Shown here piece after piece: positions 9,455 through 17,802 of a DNA stretch of 64,000 nucleotides. Source of the DNA: a virus. Taxonomy: Duplodnaviria; Heunggongvirae; Uroviricota; Caudoviricetes. Where the stretch lies: IMG/VR virus record IMGVR_UViG_3300037418_003103. One strand, given 5' to 3'. The first letter of the stretch is position 1. The number at the start of each line of letters is the position of its first letter. The notes beneath the pieces were generated by a model. The model was not told the origin of the DNA, ran no database searches, and was given only the letters and a program-made list of their open reading frames with translations. Made by a program: the position numbers and the translations under genes.

Positions 9455-9474
9455 CACAAATGTGTACATTTTAG
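9455..9474. promoter_or_regulatory. palindromic motif CACAAATGTGTACATTTTAG (copy 1)
   Basis: AAATGT/ACATTT inverted repeat immediately after the stop of ORF 9157-9450; identical copy at 9823-9842. Confidence 0.3.
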
Positions 9475-9496
9475 AGATTAAATAAACCCATGTTTT

Positions 9497-9685
9497 ATGA
9501 TTAACATAGCAGCTGTCATCATCGTATTTTTTATCTTTGGTGCCATTGACTTTATACTTAATTTAAACAATGCGAACCCAGAGGATGAACTGCAATTGGT
9601 AGAGCATTTTTTAAAGCTGACATTTTGGTGCCTAGTAGCTATTTTAATACTCTTTATAGCGAGCCACGGAGTCTTAACACCTTAA
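9497..9685 (+). CDS. small two-TM membrane protein
   Basis: 62-aa hydrophobic ORF on the plus strand. Confidence 0.4.
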   Translation: MINIAAVIIVFFIFGAIDFILNLNNANPEDELQLVEHFLKLTFWCLVAILILFIASHGVLTP

Positions 9686-9822
9686 CCAGATCCAATAAGT
9701 TTACGATAACTACTGTTTTGTATCAAGGTGGCCAGGATAAACCTGACCTGTTTACTCTGGATAATAAGTATATATCCTGAGAGCACCCAGTTATAATTTT
9801 GCCCGCATTAAGCTCCCCACCA

Positions 9823-9842
9823 CACAAATGTGTACATTTTAG
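9823..9842. promoter_or_regulatory. palindromic motif CACAAATGTGTACATTTTAG (copy 2)
   Basis: exact repeat of 9455-9474. Confidence 0.3.
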
Positions 9843-10303
9843 GGTCTATTTTTCCTTAGTTTATCGTAGAGGGTAATACTGAGTGTAAGGAGTACAACAA
9901 TAGCGAAGACGCATCCTGCAGCTGTTCCCAGGTCTACCTGGCCAATTTCAATTAGATTCATAAGAATTGTATTTATTTTGCAAAGATATTAATTATTTTA
10001 TAATCAACCAAATATTATACAAACTTTCTTTTATGATTATATGTCTTCTTTACATAGGATGTTGTATTCATAGAGTTATGGTTGATAATCCTGTCTTCTA
10101 GTATACCCTTGGCTGGATTCTTCTTTATGATCTGAACAGCCTTCTTCTTGCTGGTAAAGTTCTTATACATGAGCAATTTTTAATAAACATACTCAAATAT
10201 TTACAAAGAAACAACTTATGGCTGGAAATGAAAATATTATACTTGGCCAAAAGTAGGTAAAAATATGAGTTATGGCCCTGAATAAAAAAGAAGCGGGCTG
10301 TAT

Positions 10304-10366
10304 TACTTCTTTTTGCCTGTAGGAAATTTAAACTAAGAAATTAGTTTAAGGTTGATATTCAGTGAC
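10304..10366 (-). repeat. 62-bp repeat R1 with 9-bp hairpin TTAAACTAA/TTAGTTTAA and TTGATAnTCA
   Basis: tacttctttttgcctgtaggaaatttaaactaagaaattagtttaaggttgatattca. Confidence 0.6.
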
Positions 10367-10376
10367 TTATGACTTG

Positions 10377-10604
10377 CTACCATTCAATCAAGTATTCCAT
10401 ATACTCATAAGCAAAACTAACGTCAAAACCATCTTTGATCAGCATATCCTTTACCTCAGGAGTTATATGAGTTAATCTTAAGTTGAACCTACCAATCTTG
10501 GCATATTCACGTATCTTATTAGCAACGTCTAGGTACTCGGCATTGATTACCTTAGGACGGCTCTCCTTGGTAAGCTTATGTATTTCTTCTTTACTTATTC
10601 TCAT
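10377..10604 (-). CDS. hypothetical protein
   Basis: 75-aa ORF; ATG 4 nt downstream of repeat R2. Confidence 0.5.
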   Translation of the reverse strand: MRISKEEIHKLTKESRPKVINAEYLDVANKIREYAKIGRFNLRLTHITPEVKDMLIKDGFDVSFAYEYMEYLIEW

Positions 10605-10607
10605 AAT

Positions 10608-10668
10608 TACTTCTTTTTGCCCGTAGGAAATTTAAACTAATAAATTAGTTTAACATTGATAATCAAGG
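10608..10668 (-). repeat. 62-bp repeat R2
   Basis: ttctttttgcccgtaggaaatttaaactaataaattagtttaacattgataatcaa. Confidence 0.6.
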
Positions 10669-10670
10669 TG

Positions 10671-10868
10671 TTATTCATTTGTTGATGGAGCTGCATCTGC
10701 ATCAGTATAAGTAAGAGGTACAAATATTCCTCTTTCATTACTAGGATAGGAATAGTAGATCCATCCACCTGGTACCCGAAGGATATTTACATCTATACTT
10801 GATAAAAGGCCTGTACTAACACTTAACCTGGTTGTTTCATGCAGCTTTAGTTCGTATATATTTTTCAT
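10671..10868 (-). CDS. hypothetical protein
   Basis: 65-aa ORF; repeat R3 45 nt upstream. Confidence 0.45.
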   Translation of the reverse strand: MKNIYELKLHETTRLSVSTGLLSSIDVNILRVPGGWIYYSYPSNERGIFVPLTYTDADAAPSTNE

Positions 10869-10916
10869 AGGATAAACCTACTACTAATTTTTCAATGATA
10901 CAACTTCTCATCAGAA

Positions 10917-10977
10917 TACTTCTTTTTGCCTGTAGGAAATTTAAACTAAGTTTTTAGTTTAGCATTGATAATCAATT
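10917..10977 (-). repeat. 62-bp repeat R3
   Basis: cttctttttgcctgtaggaaatttaaactaagtttttagtttagcattgataatcaa. Confidence 0.6.
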
Positions 10978-10984
10978 ACTTATA

Positions 10985-11022
10985 AAAAAGACATGCTTAC
11001 CCTCTGCCAACTGAGCTACACA
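10985..11022 (-). pseudogene. tRNA 5'-half fragment (acceptor + D-arm only)
   Basis: the reverse complement reads GGATGTG-TA-GCTCAGTTGGCAGAGG; no matching T-arm or acceptor 3' strand within 150 nt. Confidence 0.35.
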
Positions 11023-11261
11023 TCCGATTAAAAGAACTAAAAATTAAACCTGTCACTTACCATCGTGAATAATTACCAATTCCCTTCACTCGATTATTAG
11101 TCGAACTACTAAGTTTGCACCTCTGGGTTCTTAATTATTATCTCTACATCAAACAACGCTATTGGTAATAGCTGTAAACCTTAACCTCCTTAGTATTTCT
11201 ACCTCGATTATGATTAATTTATTACTGTTTGACCTCAAGCAGGTTTAAAAGAACTAAATTT

Positions 11262-11300
11262 TGTATGCAGTGAAGGAGTTGAACCTCCTGGCCTTTTTGA
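11262..11300 (-). other. tRNA-like T-arm/acceptor fragment
   Basis: the reverse complement reads GGAGG-TTCAACT-CCTTC-ACTGCA; no convincing 5' half found. Confidence 0.25.
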
Positions 11301-11552
11301 TTGGAGAGTGAGGGGGTTAACCTTACTCACTTTACTAATACAATCAAATACTGCGCAGTATTTGATGCTTAAAAACCAATCAAAGTGTACTTCCCTTGTC
11401 ATTTTTACCTGTTCCGTCAAACAGAATGACTTATACTATACTGCACATCTAACTATTAGGCCACAAATATACTACTAATATTTTAAAAAACCAAAACAAT
11501 TCTAAATAACACAATTTCTGCATGCTAACACTCCCTGTGTTATTGAGCAAAA

Positions 11553-11664
11553 AATAAGACTATTTTTCAAAAAATAGTCTTAAAAATGTAAAAAAGCACC
11601 AAATATTATTTAGTCTTATTTTTGAGAGGGGTGTAAAATTAGTCTTAAATTTACAAAAAATTTG
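11553..11664. promoter_or_regulatory. cluster of four TAAGACTA/TAGTCTTA promoter-core motifs in an ORF-free region
   Basis: aataagactatttttcaaaaaatagtcttaaaaatg (palindromic pair), tagtcttatttttg, tagtcttaaattta; no ORF over 60 aa on either strand across 11460-12000. Confidence 0.4.
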
Positions 11665-12003
11665 ACTGAAGCATAATATTCACTTGCATAAATGGCTGTT
11701 TTTACATGTATTCAATTTTCATATCTAGCAGCATTAAACATTTTTTTACATGCCTCCAGTAAGCTAAATCCTGATGTAAAGAGACTTCTTATTACTCATT
11801 CCCAACACAAATTCCTACTTCTTCCCACTTTCCGTACCTCTCTACCACCTCTTTTTCTCTGCTCCTGATACTTCTAGCTCATTTTCCTCTAAGTACCTCT
11901 AGAAAGTCCATACGTGCTAATACAGGGTACAAAAGGTACACTTGCTTAATACCTGCCAGTCTGAGCAAGCTGTCCGTAATGGGGCTTAAAATGCGAAATA
12001 AGA

Positions 12004-12273
12004 CTACTCTCCTGATCTCTTACTCCCTCTCTTCTTCCTGGCCAGTCCCCTCTTTATTCTCCTGCTCCGCTCCTCCCGTATTGCCCCCATTGCCATCTCC
12101 GTCGGCCTAGCAAGGCCCAGCATAAGTTCATCTAGAGGCAGGCCCTCTCTTCTTGCATGTAGGTAGAGGAATATCCCCACCTTCCCCAGAGCCTCTCTAC
12201 CATCAAACTCCAGTAATTCCCTAAGTCCCTGATATAACTTCTCTTGTTCTTTATTTAATCCCTTGTTCTTCAT
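12004..12273 (-). CDS. hypothetical protein, basic C-terminus (GC-rich island)
   Basis: 89-aa ORF; local GC about 48% against about 33% for the window. Confidence 0.5.
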   Translation of the reverse strand: MKNKGLNKEQEKLYQGLRELLEFDGREALGKVGIFLYLHARREGLPLDELMLGLARPTEMAMGAIREERSRRIKRGLARKKRGSKRSGE

Positions 12274-12328
12274 ATGATTATTTTAATCCTCTTCTGCTTC
12301 TTTTTGATTGATGTGGTTCGGGATGTGA

Positions 12329-12724
12329 CTAGGGCCTGTATCCCCCTGCAAGTATCAAACCTCTTATCTTCTCCACTTCCATCTCTCCACGCTCGCTCAG
12401 ACCCTCATTATTCCAATTCGTATCAGTATCATGAAGAGCCTGAACTCCACTCAGAAACTGCCTGCCCAGATCCTTCAGGCCATCTGGCAAGAGTTCAAAG
12501 GCCTCCGCAGCTGATATGCCAACGCTAAAGTCAGGATACATCTTATCCAGCTTCCTCTGTAACTCAGGACTCAGGTGCCTGCCAATGGCACAACCTGGTG
12601 TCCTCTCGCTGCTGGGAGCATACATGCAACCAATCCTGGGTGAATAAGATCTGTTTCCCAGATTATAAAAACTGGCCGTGTCCTCCAGGAACGCCAGTTG
12701 CTTCTCTTGTCTAGTCATTTTCAT
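12329..12724 (-). CDS. hypothetical protein (GC-rich island)
   Basis: 131-aa ORF. Confidence 0.5.
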   Translation of the reverse strand: MKMTRQEKQLAFLEDTASFYNLGNRSYSPRIGCMYAPSSERTPGCAIGRHLSPELQRKLDKMYPDFSVGISAAEAFELLPDGLKDLGRQFLSGVQALHDTDTNWNNEGLSERGEMEVEKIRGLILAGGYRP

Positions 12725-12729
12725 GCTCT

Positions 12730-12942
12730 TTAATTTAATGCCCGCTTTATAATGTAACCCAGCAAATTCTCTGGCTTCTTGAACTCAATCCAATAACCCT
12801 CAGAATAGGGGTGCGAACTCATTACCAGATAAATTTCCTCATGCAACCCCTTCAATTCATCATACTTCTCGCTTGCCTTCTTATAAGCAAGCTCTCCGTC
12901 TTTGCTCCAGATTCCCACTGGAAAGTATATTGACTCTGTCAT
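12730..12942 (-). CDS. hypothetical protein (GC-rich island)
   Basis: 70-aa ORF. Confidence 0.45.
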   Translation of the reverse strand: MTESIYFPVGIWSKDGELAYKKASEKYDELKGLHEEIYLVMSSHPYSEGYWIEFKKPENLLGYIIKRALN

Positions 12943-12944
12943 AA

Positions 12945-13292
12945 TTATTTGAATCTATATCCCTTTAATAAATTACCTCTGCTCTTTAATAACTCACCCG
13001 CTAATTCTGAGTCTCTCTTAAGATAAGAGACTTCATAAGGACAAATCCTGTCGGTCAGCGGTGACATCCCAGTACCAATTACCCATTGATACAGAAGCCC
13101 CTCCTTACAGAGCTGGGTGAGAACTCTTCTTACACTAGGGCAAGTCCTATAAAAGGCCTGGCCATCTTGAACTGGATACTCCAAGGCCTCCGCAACCTCC
13201 ACGGCAGTATACTTACCCTCATGCCTCTCAAAGAAGGCAATTACCTCTTTCTTAAGTTCTCTTCGCTTGCTTGATTCTTTCTCGCTTGGCAT
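12945..13292 (-). CDS. putative winged-helix DNA-binding protein (GC-rich island)
   Basis: 115-aa ORF; YTAVEVAEAL...VRRVLTQLCKEGLL resembles a wHTH recognition helix and wing. Confidence 0.4.
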   Translation of the reverse strand: MPSEKESSKRRELKKEVIAFFERHEGKYTAVEVAEALEYPVQDGQAFYRTCPSVRRVLTQLCKEGLLYQWVIGTGMSPLTDRICPYEVSYLKRDSELAGELLKSRGNLLKGYRFK

Positions 13293-13299
13293 AAACTGA

Positions 13300-13746
13300 T
13301 TACTTAACCCCTGGTTTAATATTGGTGGAGTGCTTCACACGCTCATCATCCACATAAAAAAGTTCAACTCCCTGAAATATAAGATACATCCAGTCATACG
13401 TCTCCACACCCTCATAAAATTCATCACTGAACTCATCCCTATTTGTTTTTTTATCGGGGCCAAACATAAGTCTCTCCAGGAATTTAAACTCTTCCAGTGT
13501 TATCTGTTTATCTTTAAAGCAACCCATCAGGTGCTCCCAATCTAGCATAACAGCCCACTTGCCAGGGCAAGGCTTTAACTTATTCAACAGTCTACAGTAC
13601 TTCTCTGTATGAGGATTATCGATAGACACCCTTACGCTCCTGGACGTATATCCATCAGCATCCCCTATCATGTAGTGGTAGGTAAGGAGATAGTAGGGGT
13701 TTATTCTCTTTTTATTTACTACCTTCTTATTTCGTATTCGTATCAT
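13300..13746 (-). CDS. hypothetical protein
   Basis: 148-aa ORF. Confidence 0.5.
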   Translation of the reverse strand: MIRIRNKKVVNKKRINPYYLLTYHYMIGDADGYTSRSVRVSIDNPHTEKYCRLLNKLKPCPGKWAVMLDWEHLMGCFKDKQITLEEFKFLERLMFGPDKKTNRDEFSDEFYEGVETYDWMYLIFQGVELFYVDDERVKHSTNIKPGVK

Positions 13747-13767
13747 TGATCCTTTTTTACTCGTAAT

Positions 13768-14130
13768 TTATGCTTCAAGAGGAATTCTAAAAACTTCATA
13801 AGGATATTCCCTATCTAAAATAGACGCCCTCTCGTTCTTCGTATATGAAAATCCAATACTAAGGTTTCCTCCTACAAGTGGAAAGCAATCATCAATGAAA
13901 ATGTATCTGAATGGAATACAAGCGGCTCTTTCACCCAATCCAATTCTTAGAGTCGTCTCGTTCTTAAACCAAATACACCTGTAGGTAATATCATAAACCT
14001 TAAACTCTATTACCCTTGAAAACCCATAATCCTCTGCACCAGTGTACTTCGGATTCACACCAGCCTTGGTAAGAAAGTCAAAAAGTTCTTCTAATCCCAC
14101 CGCCTGAAAGTTTTTACTGGATGTGTTCAT
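13768..14130 (-). CDS. hypothetical protein
   Basis: 120-aa ORF. Confidence 0.5.
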   Translation of the reverse strand: MNTSSKNFQAVGLEELFDFLTKAGVNPKYTGAEDYGFSRVIEFKVYDITYRCIWFKNETTLRIGLGERAACIPFRYIFIDDCFPLVGGNLSIGFSYTKNERASILDREYPYEVFRIPLEA

Positions 14131-14387
14131 ACTTTTATTATAAATCGTTTCCGCCTTGTGCCTTCTATTTTTATTACTCTTTCATCAAACTCTCCTATGT
14201 TTCTTTCAATTTCATAAAACACTTTAATCGCTTGATCCTTGCTTTTAAAATTAAAGACATGTGAGCCCTTTTTACCTCTTGGCCTCTTCCATTCGGAGGA
14301 AGGAAATAATTCTGCTCCTCCGTCTTTCTTGAAATTTATAAAAGAGCCATCGGTTAATACCGCCGTTTCGCTATCAATAAACTTCAT
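14127..14387 (-). CDS. hypothetical protein
   Basis: 86-aa ORF; 4-nt overlap with upstream gene. Confidence 0.45.
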   Translation of the reverse strand: MKFIDSETAVLTDGSFINFKKDGGAELFPSSEWKRPRGKKGSHVFNFKSKDQAIKVFYEIERNIGEFDERVIKIEGTRRKRFIIKV

Positions 14388-14390
14388 ATA

Positions 14391-14948
14391 TCAAAGCACT
14401 TTGGTCTTACAATTAGCAATATCCAATTCGACAGCCGACATACCATTAGCCCAGTGTCCAGGGCCAAAGAATAAGGGGGTTGGATATCCTCTATCTGTCA
14501 AGTATTCAATTGCAAAACTATAACTTAGTGGATCTTCCCAAGCATAATCCTCTCCATCCAAACCCATTGAAAAATCATCATATATGGTGAGCGATAAGCC
14601 ACCTCTTTCACTGGAGTAAAAAATACGTATTGCGTCCTGAAACTTTTCAGTTTTGATTGGGTCCTTATAGTAAAAAATCTTAGAAAGATTAAGAATCTCT
14701 TCATCTGTTATTCTAGAGAAATCATTAAGAAGCAGCTTGTAATTAGCATCCTTAAAGTAAAAGGAATTACGCAAGCCTCCATTAGCTGCTGTAAAGAACA
14801 TGCTGGCATTATCATTAATAACACCAAGAAGCTTCTCTGATCGACTTCCCTTTAAGTGTTCAAATGCTCCACCCTCAACCAGTACTGGTTGACCAATATA
14901 CTTTGTAAAGACGCTAGCTATTTCTTCATGGGTTAATTTGTTATCCAT
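14391..14948 (-). CDS. hypothetical protein
   Basis: 185-aa ORF; promoter copy 14962-14998. Confidence 0.55.
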   Translation of the reverse strand: MDNKLTHEEIASVFTKYIGQPVLVEGGAFEHLKGSRSEKLLGVINDNASMFFTAANGGLRNSFYFKDANYKLLLNDFSRITDEEILNLSKIFYYKDPIKTEKFQDAIRIFYSSERGGLSLTIYDDFSMGLDGEDYAWEDPLSYSFAIEYLTDRGYPTPLFFGPGHWANGMSAVELDIANCKTKVL

Positions 14949-14961
14949 CTGAATTAATTTG

Positions 14962-14998
14962 CTGCAAATATAAGGTTATTAATTTAATCCGCCAAATT
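14962..14998 (-). promoter_or_regulatory. conserved phage promoter motif copy
   Basis: tgcaaatataaggttattaatttaatccgccaaatt. Confidence 0.5.
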
Positions 14999-15002
14999 AT
15001 TT

Positions 15003-15338
15003 TTAAAAGAATATAAATCTCTTTTTCTTCACTACTGGTTCTGCAGCTAGAAACTTCCTCGCCTCATCCTCTAGTCCCTGCTGATAAATAAACGTCCAAA
15101 GTTGCATATTGGTCGTCTTGTACTCCTGCTTCTCTGTTTCCTCATCCCTCCAATAATATCCATCGAAATAAGGAACAATCCTATACCTAAGATTAGCCAC
15201 CTTATCGCTAGTAAAATCAATTATTGCCCTCTCAGCATTAGAGAGACTTCTGTACTTACCCACTCTCTCCCAGAGACTACCCCTCTCATTAAAGGGCTGT
15301 GCAATTATTGCATATGAATACACTCTTGACTTGGTCAT
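15003..15338 (-). CDS. hypothetical protein
   Basis: 111-aa ORF. Confidence 0.5.
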   Translation of the reverse strand: MTKSRVYSYAIIAQPFNERGSLWERVGKYRSLSNAERAIIDFTSDKVANLRYRIVPYFDGYYWRDEETEKQEYKTTNMQLWTFIYQQGLEDEARKFLAAEPVVKKKRFIFF

Positions 15339-15443
15339 AACTTATTTATTAATGGAATTATTCATACCCAGATGCTCAGTTGAAAACCCAAGGGCTAGAT
15401 GCATGTACTCCTCACACAATTCTTTCTTCTATCATGCTTATTG

Positions 15444-15875
15444 TTATCTGGTTAGTTTTACCATGAGCTTATCTAAAATATCTGAATTAATAAAGCCAGT
15501 GCTTCCACCAGCGGCATCCTCATCATACAACCAGGCGACGCTACCTTTATGCTCCTGTATTAAATTGTTTAGGATAACTTTTGAATCAGCTAGAGAAACC
15601 CTCTGCTGCTTAGGCTTTACAGAAATGCGACTAGCATACTCCTTGGCTATTTCAGACGCGTTTTCCTTACTCTCCTCTTCATACTCCTCATCCAGCCACT
15701 TAATCTGCTCCCTGCTCATGTCTGTAAACTCCTCAGATATTTGAGAACCATTTGAGAAGCATAATTTAACCACTCTATGATCGGTAAAGATCATCAAACA
15801 CTCTTCATTATCATGTTTTGCATGGTAACGGCCATCCTTATAGGGTGGTCTATCAGAAATCTTAATCCATTTCAT
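15444..15875 (-). CDS. DUF551-like phage protein (MKWIK N-terminus)
   Basis: 143-aa ORF; N-terminal MKWIKISDRPP is shared with the adjacent paralogue. Confidence 0.45.
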   Translation of the reverse strand: MKWIKISDRPPYKDGRYHAKHDNEECLMIFTDHRVVKLCFSNGSQISEEFTDMSREQIKWLDEEYEEESKENASEIAKEYASRISVKPKQQRVSLADSKVILNNLIQEHKGSVAWLYDEDAAGGSTGFINSDILDKLMVKLTR

Positions 15876-16018
15876 ACTCTATTTTTAAAAATGGGGAACT
15901 TCCATCCCCATCCTTCCTAACTAGAAAGTGAAGGTTAGATTAATCCAATTGATTTAGTGCATTAATACACAGGGCTCAGGAGCATTAAAACCGTCAGCTA
16001 AAGCCGCTAAAAAATTAC

Positions 16019-16561
16019 CTATTCTGGTAGTGGTGAGTGCTGGGGCTTCTTGGCCTGCTTCTCTCTTATCTCTTTCATCTTGATCCAGATACGATCCAGT
16101 TCTGTCTGGCCACACTTATTCATATCCAATTCATTAGCGCTGCATAATGCAGCTAGTGTAACCATTACGCCGCCAACCTCCTGGTAGGGCTCTCCAATTG
16201 GACGATTAAATACATAATCTACCAGTTGATGCGCTTCAGATACTTCACAACCCAGTGACTGAACCAGTTCTATTGCTTCTTCAAGAAACCTATGATTTCT
16301 TTCTGTCTTATTTCTTGCTATCTCCTGGCCAAAACAAGAAAGTAACCAGGCATCAACATCTCTTTGGAAGTCAGCAGGTTCCTCGTCTAGCCACTCAATA
16401 ACTTCACACTCTGTGCCGCAGACAGAGGGTTTAATCCATTCATCTCTAAAAGACTGGAACGCGACTGGAAAATAGTTCAATTCATCCTCTTTCACCCTCA
16501 CAATACACACGTAATTCTTATTTTTTGTAGGCTTTCCTTCAGACGCTTTAATCCATTTCAT
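16019..16561 (-). CDS. DUF551-like phage protein (MKWIK N-terminus)
   Basis: 180-aa ORF; MKWIKASEGKP. Confidence 0.45.
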   Translation of the reverse strand: MKWIKASEGKPTKNKNYVCIVRVKEDELNYFPVAFQSFRDEWIKPSVCGTECEVIEWLDEEPADFQRDVDAWLLSCFGQEIARNKTERNHRFLEEAIELVQSLGCEVSEAHQLVDYVFNRPIGEPYQEVGGVMVTLAALCSANELDMNKCGQTELDRIWIKMKEIREKQAKKPQHSPLPE

Positions 16562-16707
16562 ATCACTTATATTTTTAGTTTTCGTTTAAGCATCTCCATC
16601 CTATGCCTCTCGTATTTCTTTTGATTCCCCGACATAAGAAACCCAAATACTACAGTAATCAGTAGCATACTGCTAACAATTAGCCCAATGATATATGTTG
16701 CTTGCAT

Positions 16708-16944
16708 TTAATTCTTTTTACTTGATAGAGCGGTTAATACAACCATACCAAAATTAGGTTCTGTTATACAGGTTTCCAGTATTGGATGATTTGGGAAACA
16801 CTTGATACAGTCATTCAGGAAGTTAAATGTATTAACCGCGTTGGCATCAAAGCCCTTTGTTATAACAATCGTTGCTACATACTCGTGCACTACTTTACAA
16901 GTCTTCACTTCCCCATATTTACTCAGTGCTTTAGTTGGATTCAT
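16708..16944 (-). CDS. hypothetical protein
   Basis: 78-aa ORF. Confidence 0.4.
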   Translation of the reverse strand: MNPTKALSKYGEVKTCKVVHEYVATIVITKGFDANAVNTFNFLNDCIKCFPNHPILETCITEPNFGMVVLTALSSKKN

Positions 16945-16969
16945 ACTTTATTTTTGTGTTGTATACTAA

Positions 16970-17275
16970 TTATTTAAAGATGAGCGTTATCTCTGTATCT
17001 CCGCTTATCCATCTCCTGTACGTATGGCCAGACTTAGGAATTACAGTTACATGGCCAGAAGGATGCCAGAGCCTCTCCCAATACAGGGTCTTCCCTCTTC
17101 CAATCACATAACCCTCATGAATATCATGTTCCAGATCGCTGGGCATTATATCCACTCTTCCATTATCATTCTGAAAACGCCTACCAACCATATCGCTGAG
17201 TTCATATATCTTGCAAGTTAGTCTCTTTGTATCTGGAATCTCCCAGAAAAATCCAAATGATTCATGTATTTGCAT
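16970..17275 (-). CDS. hypothetical protein
   Basis: 101-aa ORF. Confidence 0.45.
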   Translation of the reverse strand: MQIHESFGFFWEIPDTKRLTCKIYELSDMVGRRFQNDNGRVDIMPSDLEHDIHEGYVIGRGKTLYWERLWHPSGHVTVIPKSGHTYRRWISGDTEITLIFK

Positions 17276-17280
17276 AAAAA

Positions 17281-17751
17281 CTAATTTAAAATACCCAGAA
17301 ATTTAAACGCTGCAACAAATCCACTTACAAAGGATTTAGGCTCAACATAGTCTTTATTATTTATTAGTCCTATAAAACCTCTCTTATTTATAATCTGAGT
17401 TAATGCTATTTTTCTTACGTCTTCCTCAGAATCCCTGTCATATATGCTACATCTATTAGAGGTATACTGATGAGGTTCCGTTAGTTCAGGTACCTCTGGT
17501 GGATAATCCCAATGAGTTACGTACTCAGTGATGTCCACACTTTTATTATCATGCATAGAGCCAGTATAAAACCTGCCATTGTTTAGCCAAGCTTTCTCGA
17601 AACCAAATGACCTCCTCCAGTCGTTATCCAAGGCCAAGTCTGCCTGGGTGACTGGCTCCTCTCTTGAGCCAGAATGATTCTTTGGAACGGTTGCCACGAC
17701 AAACCAACCCCAGCCCTCATGCGGACCTTCTTTAATACTCTTCCAATTCAT
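17281..17751 (-). CDS. hypothetical protein
   Basis: 156-aa ORF; promoter 17766-17802. Confidence 0.55.
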   Translation of the reverse strand: MNWKSIKEGPHEGWGWFVVATVPKNHSGSREEPVTQADLALDNDWRRSFGFEKAWLNNGRFYTGSMHDNKSVDITEYVTHWDYPPEVPELTEPHQYTSNRCSIYDRDSEEDVRKIALTQIINKRGFIGLINNKDYVEPKSFVSGFVAAFKFLGILN

Positions 17752-17765
17752 TTATAATTTATTTA

Positions 17766-17802
17766 CTGCAAATATAAGATTATTAATTTAAACTACCAAC
17801 TT
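17766..17802 (-). promoter_or_regulatory. conserved phage promoter motif copy
   Basis: tgcaaatataagattattaatttaaactaccaacttt. Confidence 0.5.

Noticed and set aside
10304-10977. The three 62-bp direct repeats could be a CRISPR array.
   Set aside because: Spacing is about 305 bp and the intervening segments contain ORFs with their own starts, so this is not a repeat-spacer architecture.
11235-11420. 61-aa minus ORF.
   Set aside because: It lies within the tRNA-fragment region and overlaps T-arm-like sequence, has low complexity and no promoter.
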